IMG/VR virus record: IMGVR_UViG_3300046167_000515
Span: 1-55,069 of that record
Source of the DNA: a virus
Taxonomy: Duplodnaviria > Caudoviricetes
Direction: 5' to 3' (one strand)
DNA: 55,069 bases
Shown: positions 48,217 to 55,069 of the stretch, one piece after another
Layout of the letters: every line of letters begins with the position of its first letter
Position numbering within the stretch: the first letter of the stretch is position 1
Notes under the pieces: model-generated
Told to the model about the DNA's origin: nothing
Seen by the model: only the letters and a program-made list of their open reading frames with translations
The model's database searches: none
Translations under genes and position numbers: made by a program

Positions 48217-50109
48217 ATGTATGATCCTTCACTTGTCCCTTGGGGCGAGGTAGGGTATGCTGTCTATAAGCGTACCTATTCCAGACAAACTGCCGATGGC
48301 AAAACAGAAGAGTGGGAGGACACCGTTGATCGAGTGATTGATGCGTGTCGCGACCAACTCAACGTAGGCTTTACCCAATTCGAAGAGGGTGAGCTGAAGA
48401 AGATAATGATGGAGCTGAAAGGCACTGTGGCAGGGCGATTTCTCTGGCAGCTAGGTACTAAAACAGTTGACCGATTGGGGTTACCGTCTCTACAGAACTG
48501 CGCTTTCGTAGTGGTAGATGATCCTATTCGTCCGTTTACATGGGCGTTTGAAATGCTTATGCTTGGCTCAGGTGTGGGTTTTAACATCCAGCGAGAGAAC
48601 GTGTACCAGCTACCAAAGGTTAAGAACCGAGTTAAGGTAGAGCGTATAGACGAGAACGACGCAGACTTTATTGTTCCTGACAGCCGTGAGGGGTGGGTAG
48701 AGCTTTTACAGCGCGTCCTGGAGGCTTCATTTGTTACAGGTGAGGACTTTACATATGCTACACATCTTATTCGATCTAAGGGCTCTGCCATTAAAGGATT
48801 CGGAGGGACAGCTTCAGGGCCTGAGGATCTGGTCTGGGGCATGCAAGAGATAAATGACATCCTAAACAAGAAATCAGGTCAGCGTCTCAGCCCTGTTGAC
48901 TGCCTCGATGTAATGAACATCATTGGTAGAATCGTTGTAGCTGGTAACGTTCGTAGATCTGCGCAGATTGCTATCGGAGACTGCGATGATGTAGAGTACT
49001 TGCAAGCAAAGCGATGGGACCTAGGAGGTATTCCTAACTGGAGAGCGATGAGCAACAACTCTGTCGTTTGTGATGATATCTCAAAGCTGCCTGCTGAGTT
49101 CTGGGAGGGATACAACGGTAACGGAGAGCCATACGGACTCATCAACCTAGAGGCTTCACGACGCATGGGACGCACATTTGAAGTCGAGTACCCAGACCCA
49201 GACGTACAAGGGTTTAATCCTTGTGCTGAGCAGTCGCTAGCTAACTTCGAGACTTGCTGCTTGGCTGAGATTTACCTTCCAAACATCGAGCACTACGAAG
49301 AGCTTAAGAAGGTTGCGCGTTATCTTTATAGAATTAACAAGCATAGCTTGGCTATCAAATGCGCTGTGAAGGAGACCGAGGATATCGTACACAAGAATAT
49401 GCGTATGGGTATCGGAGTCACTGGATACTTGCAAGCTACTGAAGAGCAGCGATCTTGGTTGGCTGATTGCTATGACTACATCAGAGCATATGACAAAGAA
49501 TACTCTCAACTGGCAGGATATCCAGCATCCATTAAACTTACAACAGTCAAGCCATCTGGAACGCTTAGTCTACTTGCTGGCGTTACACCAGGAGCGCATC
49601 CAGGATACAGCGAATATTATATTCGACGAATCAGAATGTCAGCTGATAGCAGTCTGGCACATGCCGCCAGGGAGCACGGGTACCCTGTGGAGTTCGTGCT
49701 AAACTTTGATGGCACAGAAGACAAGTCTACTATCGTTGTAAGCTTTCCATGTAAGTTCCCTAAAGGAACCATGTTTGCTAACGACATGACAGCCTTGGAT
49801 CAACTGGAGGTTATCAAGCGTCTGCAAGCTGAGTGGTCTGACAATGCTGTATCGGTTACCATTTACTATCGTAAGGAAGAGCTGGACGGCATCAAGGAGT
49901 GGCTCGACAAGAACTTCAAGAACGTAAAGTCTGTATCATTCTTGCTTCATAATGAGCATGGATTCAAGCAGGCTCCTCTGGAAGAGATTGACGAAGGCAC
50001 ATACTTGGAGATGCGTAAGACGGTGACACCGATCACGTCAATAGCCCAGCTAGAGATGGACGAGGTGGAAATTGATGACTGCGAGGGCGGTGCATGTCCA
50101 GTACGATGA
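48217..50109 (+). CDS. nrdJ: Class II (adenosylcobalamin-dependent) ribonucleotide reductase
   Basis: QNCAF, MLGSGVGF, VVAGNVRRSA, NPCAEQ, CCLAE, TTVKPSGT and C-terminal CEGGACP; no small subunit gene is present. Confidence 0.88.
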   Translation: MYDPSLVPWGEVGYAVYKRTYSRQTADGKTEEWEDTVDRVIDACRDQLNVGFTQFEEGELKKIMMELKGTVAGRFLWQLGTKTVDRLGLPSLQNCAFVVVDDPIRPFTWAFEMLMLGSGVGFNIQRENVYQLPKVKNRVKVERIDENDADFIVPDSREGWVELLQRVLEASFVTGEDFTYATHLIRSKGSAIKGFGGTASGPEDLVWGMQEINDILNKKSGQRLSPVDCLDVMNIIGRIVVAGNVRRSAQIAIGDCDDVEYLQAKRWDLGGIPNWRAMSNNSVVCDDISKLPAEFWEGYNGNGEPYGLINLEASRRMGRTFEVEYPDPDVQGFNPCAEQSLANFETCCLAEIYLPNIEHYEELKKVARYLYRINKHSLAIKCAVKETEDIVHKNMRMGIGVTGYLQATEEQRSWLADCYDYIRAYDKEYSQLAGYPASIKLTTVKPSGTLSLLAGVTPGAHPGYSEYYIRRIRMSADSSLAHAAREHGYPVEFVLNFDGTEDKSTIVVSFPCKFPKGTMFANDMTALDQLEVIKRLQAEWSDNAVSVTIYYRKEELDGIKEWLDKNFKNVKSVSFLLHNEHGFKQAPLEEIDEGTYLEMRKTVTPITSIAQLEMDEVEIDDCEGGACPVR

Positions 50110-50143
50110 AGCGGATAGATCAATGCTGGGTGTCCCAGCTATA

Positions 50144-51278
50144 CTACTTGAATGGAAAGGGGCTTCGGCCCCTTTCTAGTTTCAAGACTGGTCGTGGCTC
50201 CTCCCTATAAAAAGGATCAAGTTCGGCACCGTAACATATTGTACCCCACTGACCTAACATAATTTGAAAGTCAATTACGTTAAAGTATCCATTGCCGTTT
50301 AGGTCTCCAGGGGTCCAGTATAAGTCTTGCCAGTTTTCCAGCATGAGCATAAGGTCAACCATACCCACTACGTGGTCTCCGTTTATATCCCCTAAACAAT
50401 AAGGGTCTTGATCGGTAATTCCTGGACGAGAGATTGGCAGTATGTAATGTATGCGCTCAATCTGACCAAGAGTAAAGTTCGTCCTACACGAATCGGGATA
50501 ATAATCCATGTGGTTATTTGTTTCGTAGCCATACAAAGCTGGAGGGCATATAGGGTTCTCGCAACTAAAGTTTAACTTTGTGGGTGGAGTATCGCAAACG
50601 TAGTCGCCTGACTCATCGCAAGGCCCTAAGTCCTCACCACAGAAATCTACGTTTTTGAACACGTGTTGCAACCCGACATAGTGTCCTACTTCGTGTATTA
50701 GAGTTTTGTTTTGATCTCTGTCGTCATACGAAAGCTGTGGACCGTAGTTCCCGAATACATCAGACCTAACCCACACACCGTCCAGCTCGGTGCTAGAGTG
50801 TGTAAGACGTCCAGGCAAACCCTAGTATTCCGTTACAAAACTTAGGGAATATATGCACGTTCATGTACACCTCTCTATCCCATACTAAATCCTCTACGTA
50901 GGCATCCATCCATTGGAACCCGCTCTGGCTATACGGTACGCATACGTTGTTTTGCTCTAAGATTACAGGGGCGCCCCAGAACTCATCAAAGTCATGGTAC
51001 ATGATCGAGACAAGATCGAAGTTAATCATAGCCTCGTCGAACTCCTCGTTCAGATGCTCGTGAGCGTCCATGATGATGTCCTCAGGTATGTAGCTATCTG
51101 GAAAGCTGTCGGTGTAGTATATGTGGTATACGTAATCTATCTCCTCCCACTGCATAGGCTCTGGTACGTACCCCATCATTCTAGGCTGAGTGGTACTACC
51201 TCCGAATACAGCGCAAGAATCCTGCCCTACAATCACGTACTGTGAGAGCAGGCAGAGTGTAAGGATCACAAACCTCAT
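50144..51278 (-). CDS. Secreted M43 (pappalysin/ulilysin-like) zinc metalloprotease with dockerin-like Ca-binding repeats; frameshift near 50798
   Basis: Signal peptide MRFVILTLCLLSQ; ILGFA; HEVGHYVGLQH; GDYVCDTPP; NHMDY Met-turn; GDINGD...DL and GDLNGNG...DF repeats. Confidence 0.8.
50155..50176. terminator. Bidirectional terminator-like hairpin at the convergence of the two arms
   Basis: GAAAGGGGC-TTCG-GCCCCTTTC is a perfect 9-bp stem. Confidence 0.7.
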
Positions 51279-51484
51279 TGCATCTGGTTCTTAGCTAAAA
51301 GAAGTTTAACCTCTTGAATCTCCCTTAGAAGCTGCTTCATGTCTTCTTTAAACTCTGAGTTGTCCGCCTCAAGAACAGCAACACGAGACGAAAGCCTGTT
51401 GTAGTCTGATTGAAATTTTATCCACCCACCGACCAAAGCACCCGCCACTGCTAAAAATTCAAAATGACTTAAGTTATCGGGCAT
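51275..51484 (-). CDS. Small membrane plus coiled-coil protein (holin/spanin-like)
   Basis: N-terminal hydrophobic segment followed by a coiled coil; coupled to both neighbours. Confidence 0.5.
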   Translation of the reverse strand: MPDNLSHFEFLAVAGALVGGWIKFQSDYNRLSSRVAVLEADNSEFKEDMKQLLREIQEVKLLLAKNQMQ

Positions 51485-51912
51485 TATCTCCTGGTTTTTT
51501 CTACGGTCCTACCAGCAAAGTAAGCTCCGAATACGGTTAACATTAATATCTCAAGCAAAGATACGTAACTATCTTTTACGTTAAATGGCTGATTATCAAG
51601 GCTGTCAAGAAACATTGTTGTTACAAAAACGACTATTAATACAATTAACATAACAGGTCTAATAAGTTTCGCTAGCTTAATATCACTGCTCATGTCCGCT
51701 TGCCAACGCTCTGTCACGTTCTTTTGAAACTGAACCTCTGCGTCTACCTTAGCCTTTGCTTCGGCTGGATCAATGTCTGGCTCTTTCTTCAGTAGGTTCT
51801 TGACAAGACCAAGACCCCCTCTGTCTGGAAGTAGGTCGCCTACCGTGTCAAGCACTCCAGGAGCCTTGGCTTTTAGCCAGGTTCCGAGTTTAGTGTCCTT
51901 AATCTTCTCCAC
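51484..51912 (-). CDS. Putative holin (3TM holin-like)
   Basis: GTG start at 51912; RWQADM.SD..LAKLIRP, two transmembrane segments, and GAYFAGRTVEK. Confidence 0.7.
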   Translation of the reverse strand: MEKIKDTKLGTWLKAKAPGVLDTVGDLLPDRGGLGLVKNLLKKEPDIDPAEAKAKVDAEVQFQKNVTERWQADMSSDIKLAKLIRPVMLIVLIVVFVTTMFLDSLDNQPFNVKDSYVSLLEILMLTVFGAYFAGRTVEKTRR

Positions 51913-54900
51913 GTAGTTGTTTGTATTTTTTATTAAACCCAGCCATAGTCTTTCTTTGAACTTCGTACATCTCAAATATTCTATTCTGTCTGTCGATGTA
52001 GTTCTCTATATCTCTAGCCTTCTTTACTTCAGCTCGAATTTGCTTAAGCAGCTTGTCTGATTTTTTAAGTTCTTCGTTAAGAGATTGAATCCCATTATAT
52101 CTTCCTTCTTCTCTTATGATTTTATTCTCCCTTATTTCTCTGAATAGCTGCTGAACTTCTTTTTGGTTTTCCTTAAACTTTTCTACATCGTAGAAAGGGG
52201 AAGCCTCTCCGTATATCTTCTTTACGATAGGCACATCGTTATACCTGATTTTAACCTCTCCGTCTTCTCCAAAGCCATGAGCTAACCCGTTGGCTATACC
52301 TTTGATGTCCTTAGCTTCTGCGGCCTTCTTAGCTGACCTTCTAGTCATTTCAAAAAGGTTTCTTGCTTGCTCCCCTGACTCTAAAATAAAGTCGCCTGAT
52401 CCTCCGATCATGTACTCGAAAAGGTACCAAGAGTAGTCAGGGTTGAAGTCAGCCCACCCAGACTTAAACTGAGAGCCTCCAGTAGATTCGTTCATGTGCT
52501 CAAAGAACTCCTGCATCTTTTGAGGGGCTCTAAATGACAACTCAGAACTAGGGACTGGAGTTCCAAACGGAAGCTGAGACCCAGTAACAGGAGCGCCAAA
52601 GAATGTTTTATTCTCAGCCATCTCAACAAAAGGCTTTATTACCGTAGGAGATAAAGATCTTAGAACAAACGGTCCTGGGTTTTCGCCTATACCACCAAAC
52701 GATATAGGTGAGAATGACGTAAAGGCTGTTGTTCCCAACATCATTAGGGCTGAATCTGGCGTTCTATTTCCTGTAGATACCTCAGCTAAAGACATGCCCA
52801 TGTTGTTAAACAGGCCATACCCATATGGTAAAGGAACCTTTAGGAAGTCGTCTTTACCTTGACCGTAACAAAGAATCATGTTCCTTGATTTGTCGTACTC
52901 AGACAGCTTGTTGTACCACAACTCATCATCCTCTGGATCCCTACCGCTAACAGCTAGGTTCAGTAGGGTCAACATACCTGAGAATCCAGCCATACCCGCA
53001 GCTATCTTTTGAGCTCCTGTAGCTCTCTCGTTCCACTTTCTGGTTGATCCATCAGGTCGCTGAGCTGGCTTAACACCCTTGAGAGAGTTGTAAACCCTTA
53101 GGTTACCTTGAATGGCAGCGTTAAAGAACAGATAGATGGAGTTAAGAACTGGTCCAGCCTCTCCTGATCGGTTAAAGTTTACCGTTATGTTCTTTGAAAA
53201 CACGGCAGCCTTTTGAGCAGACGCCCCTCTATTTCTTGCAGTTACATAAGCTGAGAGACGTATGCTGTTTTCAAACGCTTCGTTGACACCTTCAACCCAA
53301 TTAAAGAACTGCTGAGGCTTAGAGAACAAAGCCTCTCTAATAGCCTTACCTTTCGTTAAGTCGTCCGCATCTGTAGATAGTTTAGCTTCTATCTCTTTCA
53401 GGTCCTCTATGTAGCTCCATCCTGTTTGACCACCAGAAGCTTTCCATTCATCTACCCAAGACTGGGTTTCTGCGTCCATCTCTCTACCCAGAGCGTTGGT
53501 AGACAGCATTGATTTAAGGTACTTAAATGTGCTTCCATACAATTCCTTTTTAAATCCTTTGGTGTCAATATCTCCTAGCTCGCCTTGCTCTAGGTCGGCC
53601 TCAGCACTGTAAAGCGCACCCCCAAGGTCTCTAGCAAAGTTTGACACAAAGAAGTTAGGATCCCACTGAGTAAACACGCCTCTTAGCCACCCTACTGGAG
53701 CTCTCATCATTCTGATAAAGCTGTTGGATGACTCCATCGTCATTCCGTTCAAGGTAGCCGCGTAGTAGGGGTCTTTAAAGTATATGAATTCCTGTTTTCC
53801 GTTAATACGTACTGCCACAGTCCTAGGGTCAGCCTCCATCTCCATCATGGACATTGCTGTCTGTCTTCCATTCTCATCCAGTCTAGTCAATGGTGACATC
53901 TGGTTTACAACAGACCAAACATCCTCCATTGGATTCTTTTTAGCTAGCTCGTGGAGAGACTGAAGGGTTCTGTTCTTTTCTGCCCATTGGTGAGTGACAG
54001 CATTCTGCATCACAATGTTAGCCAGCACGTTAGCCGCCTCTGACTCACGACCTATAGCAGCTTTCGTTTTGGTGCCGTATACGCTCATGCCAGCACCTCC
54101 AGTAGGGTAGCTGTTAGAGTTTAAGTCTAGCTCATCTTCAGCAAACCCCTGAAGCGGAACGTAGTTCTTGTACAAAGCGTTCCACGCATCAAGTCTGTCT
54201 TGGCTCTCAAGACCCTCGTCAAGCATAGTCTTTCTGGTGTCATCAATAACGTCAGTAAACATCTTAGTGAGCTCTCTGAACTCCTTGCTATCTAACCTTG
54301 AGATAATCTCATTGGCAACCTCAGTCTCCATACCAGATCCTGCGTCAAGGTCTGGTCTTGTCTTGCTGATCTTTTCGTTTCTTTCCTGAGCGTGTAGAGC
54401 ATACATGAACTGGCTTAGGTCCTTATGAGAAACCCCAAACTCCTTCATTTTCTCCCTTGCATTATTCATGACAACCTCTAGGTCATCCATAGCCTTTCTG
54501 GAGCGACCATACATAAGCTGTTCTACCTCGCTAAACCGCTGAGACTCAGGAACTTTCTTGCCTTTACTTTTCTCTATAGATTCTTGAATTCCTATTACGT
54601 CTGCGTATTTATTTACGAGCCATGTGTTTAGGAAGTCAACAGACCCTTGGTATCCTCCTCTTTCTTCCTTTAGTTGATAGAACCTAGGCGGCATAATTCG
54701 TGAAGACTTTGCATCACTATCATCATATTTGCGGCCAGCCTCTAGGTCAGCCACAGCCTGTCTTAGACCGTCTTTACTATATGGCTTTTTAAATCCTTCA
54801 GCAAGGCTTGCACTTGAAGAAGGAAGAGAAATGTTCACTCCTAGCTTCCACCCTCTGTCTGTCTTCTCTACGGTATGAGACATAGCCTCAGACGTGTTGG

Positions 54901-55069
54901 TCAAGAAGTTATACCTTCTGTGAAACTTCCTCATCTTACCAAGGAATAGCGTCTCGCCGTTAACAAAAGAAGACGCAAGCTCTACGGAAGTAAAATCTGA
55001 AGTATCGAGCTCACTATACGTTCTAGGCTTCCACTCAAGTTTACTACCCGTTTCTAAGCTGTTAGCTTT
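51899..55069 (-). CDS. Giant virion protein, C-terminal part with an LPD38-like domain; open from the window end
   Basis: The frame is open from 55069 (KANSLETGSKLEWKP...). Motifs include NYVPL, NFARD, TVNFNRSG, YLFFNAAIQG, KVPLPYG and PFVEMAENKTFFGAPV. Confidence 0.8.
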   Translation of the reverse strand, partial: KANSLETGSKLEWKPRTYSELDTSDFTSVELASSFVNGETLFLGKMRKFHRRYNFLTNTSEAMSHTVEKTDRGWKLGVNISLPSSSASLAEGFKKPYSKDGLRQAVADLEAGRKYDDSDAKSSRIMPPRFYQLKEERGGYQGSVDFLNTWLVNKYADVIGIQESIEKSKGKKVPESQRFSEVEQLMYGRSRKAMDDLEVVMNNAREKMKEFGVSHKDLSQFMYALHAQERNEKISKTRPDLDAGSGMETEVANEIISRLDSKEFRELTKMFTDVIDDTRKTMLDEGLESQDRLDAWNALYKNYVPLQGFAEDELDLNSNSYPTGGAGMSVYGTKTKAAIGRESEAANVLANIVMQNAVTHQWAEKNRTLQSLHELAKKNPMEDVWSVVNQMSPLTRLDENGRQTAMSMMEMEADPRTVAVRINGKQEFIYFKDPYYAATLNGMTMESSNSFIRMMRAPVGWLRGVFTQWDPNFFVSNFARDLGGALYSAEADLEQGELGDIDTKGFKKELYGSTFKYLKSMLSTNALGREMDAETQSWVDEWKASGGQTGWSYIEDLKEIEAKLSTDADDLTKGKAIREALFSKPQQFFNWVEGVNEAFENSIRLSAYVTARNRGASAQKAAVFSKNITVNFNRSGEAGPVLNSIYLFFNAAIQGNLRVYNSLKGVKPAQRPDGSTRKWNERATGAQKIAAGMAGFSGMLTLLNLAVSGRDPEDDELWYNKLSEYDKSRNMILCYGQGKDDFLKVPLPYGYGLFNNMGMSLAEVSTGNRTPDSALMMLGTTAFTSFSPISFGGIGENPGPFVLRSLSPTVIKPFVEMAENKTFFGAPVTGSQLPFGTPVPSSELSFRAPQKMQEFFEHMNESTGGSQFKSGWADFNPDYSWYLFEYMIGGSGDFILESGEQARNLFEMTRRSAKKAAEAKDIKGIANGLAHGFGEDGEVKIRYNDVPIVKKIYGEASPFYDVEKFKENQKEVQQLFREIRENKIIREEGRYNGIQSLNEELKKSDKLLKQIRAEVKKARDIENYIDRQNRIFEMYEVQRKTMAGFNKKYKQLRGED

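Overview
The window looks like a complete or nearly complete, circularly permuted ~55 kb tailed dsDNA phage genome with podovirus-like gene content. The host is most likely Bacteroidota, because TTTG-N20-TAnnTTTG promoters recur throughout. Minus-strand arm (33802 down to 1, then on through 55069 down to 50144): endolysin, GroES-like co-chaperonin, tRNA-Arg(TCT), terminase, portal, fibre proteins, scaffold, major capsid protein, ring/muzzle proteins, internal virion proteins, a ~2745-aa LPD38-type giant protein that reads in frame across the window ends, holin-like genes and a secreted M43-type zinc protease. Plus-strand arm (34595-50109): many small early genes, then recombination and replication genes (SSAP, exonuclease, SSB, primase-helicase, endonucleases, class II RNR); no DNA polymerase was recognisable. 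At least seven genes are split by apparent single-base insertions, most likely sequencing errors. The most unusual features are a ~440-nt highly structured non-coding locus containing a ~163-nt tRNA-like element (37651-38090), a second multi-GAGA-loop RNA (42105-42208), a short-loop hairpin array at the start of the early region, and predicted leaderless late transcripts. All product calls come from motif recognition and synteny; no database searches were run.
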